Assembly (NCBI GenBank): GCA_002633005.1
Contig: NMRA01000024.1
Coordinates: 1,207,903-1,271,902, forward strand
Source of the DNA: Phoronis australis
Taxonomy: Eukaryota; Animalia; Phoronida
Direction of reading: 5' to 3'
DNA: 64,000 nucleotides
The notes beneath the pieces were generated by a model. That model saw only the letters and a program-made list of their open reading frames with translations, did no database searches and was not told the DNA's origin. Made by a program: the position numbers and the translations under genes. Of this stretch, positions 1 to 12,800 are shown one piece after another (the stretch's first letter is position 1; each line of letters opens with the position of its first letter).

Positions 1-431
1 GCGAAAAAAGAAACTGGCCCCTAGGTGACGCAATATTTCATGGCACCGAAAGCCATCGCTAAAGATCGCTGACGCTCCACAACTTTAGCAACAACGGTAG
101 AACGCAATTTTTTCCAACACCGTTAAATAATTTATATTACTCAAGGAAGACTGTAGTTTTTAACGACAATAATTTTATGTCAGATATTATCTTACCACTT
201 TTTTGCCCACATCGGTGCACAGCTGTATATTTACTAGTATACAGCTTTGTACCAAGGCTAACATTGATTGTCATTGGCATTGCTGAATCAGTGAGTCACT
301 GAGTCAGTGAGTGTGTGAGTAGCTGGTGAGACGAATTGATGATTGCACCTTCTAGAACATTAAAACTGCTGCCTTCACTTAGACTGTGATTCAATACTTC
401 ACAGGCGTTGAAGTGTTTGAAAATTACTTAC

Positions 432-505
432 TTAGAATTTTGATCTTTATGAGAACCGCCAGAAGAAGCCAAAGCCGTAAGCTGTTGCCTTATGGAGGCC
501 GCCAT
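432..505 (-). CDS. COPS4: COP9 signalosome subunit 4, first coding exon (rest of gene lies left of the window)
   Basis: Minus strand ATG at 505 in a good context (AAGTATGGCG) reads MAASIRQQLTALASSGGSHKDQNS(K), then a GTAAGT donor at 431 (74 nt, phase 2). Closely resembles the human COPS4 N-terminus [25 protein letters not shown] (recalled). Too short to appear in the ORF track. Confidence 0.88.
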
Positions 506-838
506 ACTTGAACGGCAAAATGTACCGTTGACCATTTCTTACATGTGCCTTAGTTTCCCTTAATAGGAAAAAATTGTTGCAGTTTTAACATTTTAAAAGA
601 AAAATAAATTTTTTTAACTTTTAATTTTTATATTTCTTTGTGAATTTTTTAATTTTTGTACTAATAATTAGTAATAAATGAAAACATGTGTTTGGATGGT
701 TAAAACTGTCAACAACAATCAGCCAATAAGAACTTTGATATGCAGCAGCTGCTTTAGAAGTGCTTCGCGGAATCTCGTCGAATTCAACTATTATGGGATG
801 TTCACAATGGTGGGCGCGTGATTTTAAATAAACTCACA
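506..838. promoter_or_regulatory. Bidirectional promoter region between COPS4 and LIN54
   Basis: 333 bp between divergent ATGs (505 on -, 839 on +). AT-rich core ~590-690, CCAAT at 723-727, CpG-containing stretch 766-846, GGCGCG-tgat-TTTAAA at 813-828. Confidence 0.8.
813..828 (+). promoter_or_regulatory. Candidate CDE/CHR tandem element (DREAM/MuvB site)
   Basis: GGCGCG (813-818), 4-nt spacer, TTTAAA (823-828). This is the known CDE-4nt-CHR geometry, with a CCAAT box ~90 bp upstream. Motif match only. Confidence 0.55.
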
Positions 839-857
839 ATGCCCGCTCAAAAAGCAG
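839..857 (+). CDS. LIN54: LIN54 coding exon 1 (MPAQKA+G)
   Basis: ACAATGCCCGCTCAAAAAGCAG|GTAAAT; 19 nt, phase 1, matching the phase of the exon 2 acceptor at 3679; sits directly behind the promoter motifs. Confidence 0.7.
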
Positions 858-3800
858 GTAAATTTTAATATTTGCTTTGGTCTGAACTTTTTAAGGATGT
901 GATATAAGTTGGATCAATCCTTGATGAATCCAACAAAATACAAAACATGTTCATATATTTCATACTTGTTTTGAAAACTACCCTGTTTTCCAAGCCAATC
1001 TTGTTCAAAATCACGAATATCGACCGAAAAAGTCAAAAATCGGTGCAAATTTAATCCACTTTACAAATTTATCAGATTCATGGTTTTCTAGGTTCAAATT
1101 ATGATTATACATTGCATCCTGTCCCATTAATGTAGTTGCATCTGCGTTGTTTCTACCTTGTTGCAACGAAGGACTTTGATCGACAACATCGTTTTAAATT
1201 TCCCTGTATTTTTGCTTGCAAATGGCGGGGCTTTTGACTTCATGCTCGCAAGCTGGGATGAGTCAGTTTTTTGTCTGCTGCTCTTGCTTGCATTCGCATT
1301 TATCTTGAATTCATCAAAATTCCTGTTTGTTTACAGTTTTTTGGCTGTGTTAACATGAATGCTTGTGAAATTGCATTGTGCTGCTATGTAACTGGGATTG
1401 ACTTGCCTGAGAAAAAAGGATCAATCACTGGGTGGGGAATTGCTTGGGCTGTGAGCTGAAAACTTCAAACCATTGCAGTAATTCAAGTTAGCTGTGCAAA
1501 TCTTCCTGTTTCTACCTTGTTGCAACGAAGGACTATGATCGACAACATCGTTTTAAATTTCCCTGTATTTTTGCTTGCAAATGGCGGGGCTTTTGACTTC
1601 ATGCTCGTAGGCTGGGATGAGTCAATTTTTTGTCTGCTGCTCTTGCTTGCATTCGCATTTATCTTGAAATTCATCAAAATTCCTGTTTGTTTACAGTTTT
1701 TTGGCTGTGTTAACATGAATGCTTGTGAAATTGCATTGTGCTGCTATGTAACTGGGATTGACTTGCCTGAGAAAAAAGGAGATCAATCACTGGGTGGGGA
1801 ATTGCTTGGGCTGTGAGCTGAAAACTTCAAACCATTGCAGTAATTCGAGTTAGCTGTGCAAATCTTCCTGTTAAAGCATTCAATAAACTCAATTCAGTGA
1901 GTGGTGTCACCCTGTATAATTAGAAATGTTAAGTATCCTCGTTAAAGTGTAAATTTATAAATGAAGGTTTCCACCACAATTGAACCAAAACAATTGCTTT
2001 TATAGGTGGTGCTGCATATATCCAAGTCAACTTGGGGACGAGTTCAGTAACCCTAGTACCTCACTATATAAGCAAGATCTTGCGAGATTCCATGAGATAT
2101 CGCCGTGTATTTTCAATAAGAGCACGTGACTAGCTAGAATTTTCTCGCTGTTAGACAGCCATTGAACTGGTCAACTCAGGTTTACTAATGCATCTGCTCG
2201 ATTTTCTTTTTCATTTCAATACTAAGTAACATGTAGCATTGAGTCATTTTTCATTAATACGACTTGATTCTAATTGATAAATTACTAGTTAGTTTTGAAA
2301 CACTTTTGAAAATTTATTTGAGTACGAGTTGACTAGGGTACGAAGTAACCTGTTTGTCTGCATGGGGCTTTAAACAAACATACTCCCATATAGTATTGGG
2401 TTTGAACAATTTCTTTTGAAATTACGTTCAAACTTAATTTTGTTGTATAATTGTATGTTCAAGATACTTTGATTTGGGGCATTTTTAAGTATCCCAGGAA
2501 TCACGTAATATTGATTAAAAGACCATATTCACCATTTTAAGCTTTACAACAGTGTCTGTTTCATTTTAGTATTTGTTTTAGAAAATATTTCCATGGGATG
2601 GTTTTAGTAATTAGTGCAGTATTTATCATAGTGATCATTGGAATATAACTTAAGAAAAATAACACCTGGCCATGTATCTGAGGAAAGGTTTAAGACCATG
2701 GCTTATTTTCAGGATTGATTAAAAAATTTCAAAAATTCCCAATTACTTTGACCATGGTCAATATTAGGTTTTATATTACAATTCAGAGTTTGAATGTTGC
2801 AGGACCACAGGCTCTAGATTTGCTACTTCTGCTCAACAAGATGCACGTAAATGCTTGTTGCTATATTTGGTTTTAAAATTGTGCTATTTTATGTTAAATT
2901 TGGTGTAGCCCTTTACTTTTTGGGTGTACGTCAAGTTTCAAAAGGTAGAAGCAAAAATATGAAGCATGCAAGATTTAAATGTAAACACTAAGCCTAAGAT
3001 GTGTTACATGAAAAGTGACTTATTTCTTGAGACAGAAACTTGTCTTTCGATCCACATAACTATTTCTGTACAATAATTAAATCTCACTTTACAGCAAAAA
3101 TACTAAGCTCAAAATATACCCTTAACTCATAGTTACTGAAATGATTTCTGTATATTACTTCTGAGTTGTAATGTAATGTTCATAATTACACAGATTAATG
3201 TTCATTCAGTGATTTTGAAGTGGGGGAAGGTAAGGCCAAACTTATGACTATTCATTCTTCACGACGCAGACCCCTGATCAGTATTTTCCACAACCAATTT
3301 TAACTACTGTAGAAAGATTCGGAGTTTCTCGTGACGAGTTTGAGTCACCTGCAATGAGTTTGAACTCGTGAGATAAGTTCTTCAAGTGCTGCAGAAATTT
3401 CAAACTCAACTGGAATTACAAAATTGATGTAGGTGTTCAAATGTCCATATCCATACAGTGTGTTAAGTCTTGGAATAAATACATTGAACTGGTACCAAAA
3501 CTCCAAAATGTTGTTTGTTGCTGAAGAAATCACTAATCCTCCAATACTTTAAACTCGTCGCATAGGTTTTCGAACTCGATGCAAGTGAGCCAAACTTGTC
3601 ATGACAAAATTCAAACTCAACGCAATGACGAGTCAGAGCATGTTGTGGAGAACACTGCTGATATTTTTCTTTGTTTAGGCACAAGAAAAAGCAGTAGATC
3701 GAGTGGTGACGAGGAGACAGGTGTTATAGTGGAGCAGAATCCTAGTGTTGTTGGCAGTCATATCCTCTTGGACAGAATTGTTCTCAATAACAACAACAAC

Positions 3801-6800
3801 AACAACAATCAAGACATGGCATCCCCCGATACAGTGCTAACGGCGGTCAGTTCTGACCCGTCAGCATCTGTGCCCAGCGATTTAGAACTGGCAGCCCTGC
3901 AGAATCTGCAGGCCGAACTGGATAAGATTCAAAGTGATCCAAGTAGTAGTGGCGGTGTGCCCCAAGTTGTGTCGAACAATGTGGCCAGTCACACCTCGTC
4001 AGCCGGTGTTGATGGTAGTGGAGTTGTGTCGGCGGTAGCCGCTGCTCATGGCCAGACTGTTCAGTTGCTGAAGCGCCCTGCAATTGGCACATCAGCGCCT
4101 GTGTTGACAAAAGTGATAATCACAACAAAAAATCTGGCGTCGCAACAGCTTCAGACTATCACGGTGCCGGCGTCTCAGTCTGTTCCCATGACGACGCTCA
4201 CCCCCAAAACTCCAACAAAGACTGTCGCTCTGAGCAGCATTATCTCCCCCTCAAAAACGCCACCAGCGAAACAGACGTTGAATAAAGTACCTATATCGCC
4301 AGCAAAAACGCCAGGTAAAATTACAATGATAGCCAAGTCTCCACAGAGGATAGCACCAGCTCTGGGGCCTAGCAATGTTATGCTATCAAGGACTCTTACA
4401 ACGACGACGGCAGCTGGAAACAAATCACAAACAATAACCATGTCTCCGTCTAGGGTGGTCATTCGACAACAGCCCTCTGTGGTAAGTTATAGAGATTGAG
4501 TAAACAGTCTGGTAAACATTGCTCTTCATTGCCTGCATAGATGCAACCCTACCTGGGTTCTAGGATTTCTTTAATTGGGTACAATCCCACATTAGGGGGC
4601 GCAGGTAACGTAGTAGTCATAATTGTCTTGTCAGTATGTCACACAATATTGTTGATTGCAGATGTCAAGATCAAAGCTTTAGATTTTCATATTTTGCCCC
4701 GACGCACATTAGTGCAAAGCAGGGGACAGTGTTGATGTCCGTACGTCGAATTATTCTGTTAACGGCATATCTCATGAACAAAGTTTTAGATTATGTTCAT
4801 TTTTTGTGCCAAGGTGTAAGTGGGGCAACTCCAACTGCCAGTCTATTTTGGTGACCCTGACCTTGTTTTATGGGTCACAGCGAGAAAATCAAATTTTGAT
4901 TAGAGGAAAATGTTGTTGCATATCAAGAAAAAGGCTTTAAATTTTGTTTGTATTTTGTTTCGAGGTGTTGGTAGGACAACTCCTGTCAATTTTGGTGAAG
5001 TCAACATCATTTTTGTTTGCTAAAACCTTAAAAAAATTTGTATTGGAAAATTTTGGCGCGATATCTCAAGAAGCACTTTACATTTTGATATTTTGATATT
5101 TTATATTGATGTGTTGTTGGCACATCTCCAGTTGGTAGTCGAATTTGATGACTCATTTTCAAAGTCATAGCCACGTTGAAGGTATATCTTAACATACACT
5201 GTATTAGTTTTAATGAAAAAGTTTCGCATATGAGTTTTGACTTGGAAAAATTTTGTTGGCAGCATATCTCATGAACAAAGCTTTTGATTTTGTATACTTT
5301 CTATGTGGGGGCAACTCCTGGCACCAAGCAGTCTTGGTGACCTTGACATAATTTTTAAGGTCACGTCGAGAAAATACAATTTTGGCTTTATTCTCAAGAA
5401 TTAAGAAAGCTTTAGATTTTGTCCGTGTTTTGTATCAGAAGTGACCTCGTTTTTAAGGTTATGGCAAGAAATATTAAATATAAATGACATCATACACTGT
5501 ATTAAAACTTATTTCTGAAGTGAAATTTTGTTGCGTGAATGTTTTGGGAATTGTCTGTGCAAAGATTTATTTTGTTTGTCAGTATAATAATTTACTTCGA
5601 AGGTAAATTATGGTCGTAAACTATTTGCTTGGCTGGGGTGTGGTATACAATTTGGTCACCCCGTGAGAAATGCTTGTGAACAAATAATTAAACCTAATGA
5701 TGCATTTCATATTCAATAAAAGGCAGTAATCAGACCTGCTCATTTCATTTTACTCAATAAAATTTGAACTTGTGTCAGAGTCTGTTCTTATTGTTTGGAA
5801 TGAATGCAGAAGTGCTATATAACTTGTGTTGAATTTAATATTCATCTGGAATGCTTTGAGTTTAAAGATCTAAAAATGTCTTATGAACCAAATGCATTTA
5901 GTATTTTTCATGTTCGCTGGAGTATGCTAATGTCTCAACCAGTGACCTCCTTTACTTAATACTTCTGCTTCAGTCCGTCGCCATGGCAACCAGCAACCCA
6001 ACACAAACAGCCACTGTGGTAAGGCAGGTAGCCCTGCCCTCTGTCACTGCAGCCAACGTTAAGCAGGTCCAGGTACCGGGCAGCAAGTTCCACTATGTCC
6101 GACTGGTCACTGCGCCTACCTCTCAGTCGCAGCCACTCGGTAAGACGTCAGTTTTGTATTAGGCTTCTGGTCATCTTGGTAGGTATAACCTACCCATAGC
6201 TCGATCATGTTCAGGTTGGAGTTGTCATTGCGTCCAGTGGGAATGTGTGGGCATTTTCTGCTGTTCTTAGTTTGGTATTACAACTAAAAATTCATTTTTG
6301 AATTACTACCCCTACCAAAATATGTTTTTGTAATTTTGTTACATGTCAGCAACTCTTATCACTGTCTTCCAACCATTTGCTGAAAAATAATCGGGGCCAG
6401 TGTGTTTACCTCGCACAGCAACGTGAAGTATGCAGTGCAGGATTTTTTCGACTTTTTCTTGCTGTTAACCTTTGACCTTAGCTGCTATTGAACATGGCTC
6501 CGAAGGCTTGGGCAAACTTGTAACCAGAAGTTACACATTGTGGAATATTTTGCTGGAAGTTGTAATTTTTTGCTTCATCCATTTGAAAATTTCTTGAAAT
6601 TATAGGATTTTGTAGTGGCTTATACAATTTTGTGGGTGGTCTACTGACTAAATTTTGTCAGTCTCCCAAGGTCAGATTCAATACACCAAGTTCCCGAGTT
6701 ATGAGAACTTTATCATATGTAGCCTAGACATAGTCATCTAAGCCTAAGATCTAATTTGTGTACTCTAAATCGGAACCTGAAATTGTTTGTGACATTTTCT

Positions 6801-9800
6801 GTTCTATACTTTGATAGAAACTCAAGATAAGTGTGCTCAAGTATTGTATGGTTCTCATGACTGCCAAATCCTAGTTTGCACTTGATGACTGCAGTATTCA
6901 AGCTTTCAGTTTGAGACTGAACTGAAATTTTGAGTTTTTACTAGAAAGCTTAAGTGTTCACTCGAGCTTTTGGCGCAAATTTAGTAGGGATCTTGAAGCT
7001 TGAACATGGACTAGAAAATCATCTGCGTAAACCATAGTGTACTCGAGCATAGGATAATGAAGTTCCTATGAAAGCAGAAATCTCTAGTTCGATTTTGAGC
7101 ACAACGATTAAATCCCAGGCTTTCATGTTTACCATGGCTTTGACGAGGTGTACTATACCATCAACAAATAGTCCCAAGTGGTTACACGACATCTAAATTT
7201 GTTTGTGACACGCTATAGCTGGTGCGAGGCTGTTGACCTCATTATCATTAACTGTCTCCCACAGCTAACAAGACCATAGCTCCTGCTCAAGTCAAGTCTA
7301 TTGCACCAGCAACCAGTATACCAGGCCAGATAAGACTAGCCGCTGTGCCTTCAGCAACGCAGGTAAGATCAATATTGACCACATGTCCACTTAACCCCAC
7401 CAGCCTTCAGGGCACCCGCTCAGTTGAAGGGAACAGTTCTTGTGCCTTCTGGTAAGGGAAAATTTTGGTTGAAGGAACCCCCCCCCCCCACCCCACAGTT
7501 GCCACTCTTCAACAGCAATGGCTCTCTATCCTTCAGGGTAAGTTAAAGGCCTGATGAGGGGCCTTTCACAGCATATTAGGATATTTTTTCAAAGGGAAAT
7601 TGGATCATTATGTGACCCCAAAATCAAGGCACTGAGGATCCTGGTCCACTAGCTCAACAGACTTTTGGAAAAATGATGAAGGAAGTTGTAGAAAAATCAC
7701 TGACACGTTCAAGTTTTGATGGAAACAAAAGAAAATGACATAAATAACATCTGTTTGTAGTACTGAGAGATGAATTTTTAAGGGTGATTAGCAATGTAAG
7801 AGTAGAAAGTTACTCTGATTACTGTTGAGTTTGAAGTCATCATTTTACTGTGTTAGCAAACCAGTTGGGTTGGGTGTCTTTGTTGCTCTTGGTTATGAAA
7901 AGTAATCTTTTGGTCTTCATTGCTTCTTTAAAGTTTCTTTTTGAAAATCAGTGTGTAAAGACTTGACATTATCATAACCAGTATGGTATCTGCCCACAGA
8001 GCATCAGCGTGGCCGGTCAGTCCACGGGTCAACGCCTGCTGTTGCCGGCCAACGCGGGCCAGATAGCCATCAGGCCTAACACATCCACGAATCAGGTGGG
8101 TGCCTACTCCCAGATCAGGCCCAGCGCGACTGTAGCCAACCTGACTCAGTTGCCCCCCGGCACCACCATACTATCCAGTGGCTCTGGACATTCTGTACCA
8201 GGGTTTGCCTTGGTACCGGCGCAGTACATAGCTCAGGTGAGTGGGAGCATGGGGAAACATTATATGTACTTGTGGATAACTTAGAAAACGATGCAACTGC
8301 AGCCAATCTGTTCAGGATGATGTACATTCATTGGGAAGGCGAAGCTGTTCCATGGTTTATGGTTGGGAGCCTCAGCCAGTTGTAAATGATAACGATTATT
8401 ACTTAAAAATTGTGAAACTTAATCTTTGTCGTTTTTTTTTTAATTGAAATTTTCTAACAGTAAGGACTCAGAATTTTAGACTTGCATCGATTTATCAGAA
8501 AATAGTAATGAGCTCACGTTTCTGTCTCAGCTCCAGCTGAACAACCAGCAGTCTCAGGCCTCTGTACAGACGGACGTGGTGACAGCAGCCAAGAAGGAGT
8601 CCACTTACGTGCCCATCATGAGTAATGATCCGTCAGTGAGCAACAGCCAACAACAGAGGCGGAACGCTGTCAACGGGTAGGCTGGTGTAACGCACTGTGG
8701 ATAGTTTGTGGACGGCCAGTTATTTTTCGCTGTACCATATTTGGATTGACGTCTTGCTCACAGTGTATTCAGATAAATGTAACTGGGGTGATTTCAGAAT
8801 CGAGCAATCAGAGGTGCCGGTTTTACATAAATTCATGATTGCTTGTTTACTGTCTTATTGATTTATTCTATTTCTGTTCTTTTTGAGTACCTTGGACACT
8901 GAATTTTCACAAATAAATGTCAATTCTAGTAGTCTGAATAGTACGGGCCTTGCATTTGGAGTGAATCCAGATGTAAAATACGACTATGGTCTTTAAAAAT
9001 GTAGTGTTTTCAACTGCATGTATCAGTACAAATTCGTCTTTTTCAAGTGCAATCTCTTGATTATTTGTTTTTCCTTGGATAGCTGCAGTCCAACGTTCCT
9101 AAATTTTAATGTGGTACTAGTCACTACTGTTGCCGTGCCAATAATGGTGTCATGTTGTTCTTGCATGGTCGTCATGGTGCTGGGTGTCAAGATATGCATT
9201 CAATTTATTGCAGTGCCAACCTGTACGATGCTCCTGGTGGAACAAGGCCCAGGAAGCCCTGTAACTGTACAAAATCTCAGTGCCTGAAACTGTAAGTACA
9301 TCATAGCTACACAATCGGAAGTTGTAAAATCCCTGAGTGAAATCGGATGAACAGTGATATTATTAGATTATAAGGGAATTTTTTGCTTTTAAAGTATTGC
9401 TAAGTTTTTATGACTAGACTGAGATTTCATAACTTTTTTGGAATTGGGTGTTGTCATCAAGAATTGATGAACAGTAATTTTGGAAAACGTTGACTTATAA
9501 ACTGAACGTTGCAAGTCTACATTTTTTACTTTTATTTTCATTGCCTAAAGAAGCACCAATTGTTGTACCCTTTTAAACATAAACGAGTGCCAAAATATCT
9601 GAGTTTTCTGTATAATATGTTCCGTTTCCCCCAATCAAATTTTATGAATCACATTCTTTTAAAAAAGCAGTTGTGCATTCACTAATTGTACAGATTAAAT
9701 CTGTGATGATCGAGAATTGCAAAGTTTGTAGTTTTATGCATTGACAATGTGTACATTCGTGGGTTTGAAGAGCTGCGACCTTGTGCAACCAAGGTATGTG

Positions 9801-12800
9801 ATTACCACAGTCTTCATTTGTTGTTTGTTAATTCAATTTTATGCGCCCACATATTTATATGTGGACACATTATGCCGTCATCTCCGTCCGTCCGGGCGGC
9901 GTTCGTCCGGCGTCCGCTGCTTTATCTCCAAAACCCTTTGACATACGTTCATGAAATTTGGCACATATGTTCCATTCATGAATGGGACGGCATGTGTGAA
10001 CTTTCGGACGGATCCGACTACTGGTGTGCCCCCTAGTGGCAATTTTATTTTTTTACGCTTACATTTGTATCTTCAAAAGTCGTGAACGGATTTTCATGAA
10101 ATTTGGTATGTAGGCACCTATTAGTGAGGTGATGCTATCCTCCCGTTTTCAGATGGATTCGACATAGTTTGCGCCACCTAGTGGCCATTTTTAGTGTTTT
10201 CGAGTCTGTTTTTGTGCGTCCACCCCTCTATCAACCAAACCGCTCAAAGGATGATTTTGAAAATTGGCATGTATATGCTTACTATGTAGTGGACGGTTGA
10301 CCATGATTTTCCGACGATTTCGATTACTATGCCGCCTCCTAGTGGCAGGTTTTTTTTTGCGCCTATGGCTGTATCTCCTAAACCTTTCGCAGGATCTTTA
10401 CGAAATTGTGTAAGTATATTTATATGATGTTAGCAACGGAAGATGACGACTTTTGGACAGATCCGACTACTGGTGTGCCCCCTAGTGGCAATTTTAATTT
10501 TTTACGCTTACCTTTGTATCTTCAAAAGTCCTGAACGGATTTTCATGAAATTTGGTATGTAGGCACCTATTAGTGAGATAACGCTATCCTCCCGTTTCCA
10601 GATGGATTCGACCTAGTTTGCGACACCCAGTGGCCATTTTTACTGTTTTTGAGTCTGTTTTTTGGCGTCCACCCCTCTATCAACCAAACCGCTCTAAGTA
10701 TGATTGTGAAAATTGGCATGTATGTTCTTACTATGAAGAGGACGGTTGACGCTGAATTTCCCATGACTTTGATTACTGTGGCGCCTTCTAGTGGCAGTTT
10801 TTTTTTTGCGCCCATGGCTGTATCTCCCAAACCGTTTGCAGGATCTTTACTAAATTTAGTGTATTTATGTGATGTTGACAATGGACGATGACGACTTTAG
10901 GATGATTCTGACTACAGGTATGCCTCTAGTGGCAATTTTAGTATTTTACATTGACCTCTGTATTTTCATAGGTCTTCAGGTGTATACTTAGTGTTACTTC
11001 GTGACTATGAAGGAAAAGTTCCAAGTAGAAATTTGTTTCTGGCATTCTAATGCTGTGCTAATCTCGTATGTTGGTAAATTTGTTTTTAATTCTATGTTTC
11101 TGTGGTGCTTTAAGGATGTGCTTGTATTATGAAGATCACTCACATTTTGCCCCTAGCCTATTGAGGAGACAATGACCACGCCTTTCCATTTTGCAAAGTA
11201 CAACATACTACATATATGCCCTCTACTGGCCACTTCATGGTACCAATAAACAACCCTAGAAGGATACCGTATACGGTGTAATTGTGGGCGCATTTCAACG
11301 CTCTGCGTTGTTCTTGTCCAGCTTTTAAGCGTCTTGTGGTATGTTTAGTGATGTAATCCAATTGCTACCCTCTTTTGTTATTTTTGCTATTTGTAAATAT
11401 CTTAATAAAAACGAAGAATTTAAATCGGCTTGACATGTTTCGGTGTACACCATCCTCACAAGCAAAAACAGTGGCCACCTTGCTGGGCTCAACACCAGTA
11501 ATGATACACAGACACAGTTTTAAGGGAGTATAACAGTAGACTAGGGTAACAATGACAACCTGTGGTGAGCCAGTTGCCTATTGAAACTAGGCTTGCACAG
11601 TTGTTTTTATTAATATATCCTGCTACTTGCTATTATGGAGATATTTTTAAGTAGTCGCCACCCATCTCCATCGCTGTTTTAGATACTGTGACTGTTTCAT
11701 CTACTGTGACTTTACATTGTAAAGCTGTCACGTGTCTCCCTATTTCAGATACTGCGACTGTTTCGCCAACGGGGAATTCTGCCACAACTGTAACTGCAAC
11801 GGCTGTTTCAACAATTTGGATCACGAGGAGGACAGAGCCAGAGCCATCAAGTCATGTCTCGACAGAAATCCTCACGCATTCCATCCTAAAATAGGTAATA
11901 GACTATATCGGAGTGCTGTGTGCTGAACTGTGGTTGAAAATGTGTTTAGAGCTGCCGTTTTCAATTCTGCCGATTTTGGAAGAGTTTGCATCTTGCTATG
12001 GCAGTTCTGAGGAATTTTTAGTTAGCTGTGTATTGTGAGGGCAGATAATATCACAGGCAATGTCATTGGCCTTGTTTTTGAACACTTAAAAGGTGTTTAG
12101 TCATTTATAGACTTCAGCCTAAGTAGAATATGTTTGGTTAGTTTCTTGCCAGATGATGCTAGTTTTTGTGAGATATCAACATGCGCTATATATGACAAAT
12201 CTCTAGGTTTCACTCGCGAGTTATAAGATCACTGAATGCGCTCTTCTTTGGTCCTATTCTGACCTTTGACCCATGACCCGCATACATGTTGCTGTTCACA
12301 GGGAAGGCTGGCCGGGGTGAAGGCGAACGGCGCCACCAGAAGGGCTGCAATTGCAAGAGATCAAACTGTTTGAAGAACTACTGTGAATGTTATGAGGTTA
12401 GTCTCCAGTGGTTGGTATCGTGACATAGTAGTCATCTCGTATTCATGTACACTACAAGCCAAAAGTATTCAGACAAAAGAATTCCGGGTCATGGTGGCTG
12501 AGTGGAAGCTGAATTTGTCTTAAGAGTTTTCTCCCCTTGTGACTGAGAATGAAGGGGAATTAACAAGAAAGTTTGAACGGATGGTTATTACTGTTCATTT
12601 TTATTGTTAACAGAATCAGCCATCATATCCAAGAAACGGTATTTGTCTGATTACTTCCGTCTTGTATTGTATTTATGTGTTCTGTGGTACAGTTAAGTTT
12701 CTTGCAGGTGTTTGCACTGGAGTGGGCATATCTTTTTGTTTGTGTCCATTAGTTTGAGTTGAGGCGTGTGTATTGCATAATGCTTTGCTATTTGTCATCA

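Noticed and set aside
1158-1816. Paired hydrophobic ORFs (66-99 aa) in the tandem duplication
   Set aside because: TTG starts, frames broken differently in the two copies, no recognisable domain, intronic.
3579-3678. Listed start of the 306-aa ORF as the LIN54 start codon
   Set aside because: It lies in repeat-like intronic sequence upstream of a clear acceptor at 3678, and an in-phase ATG exon exists at 839-857.
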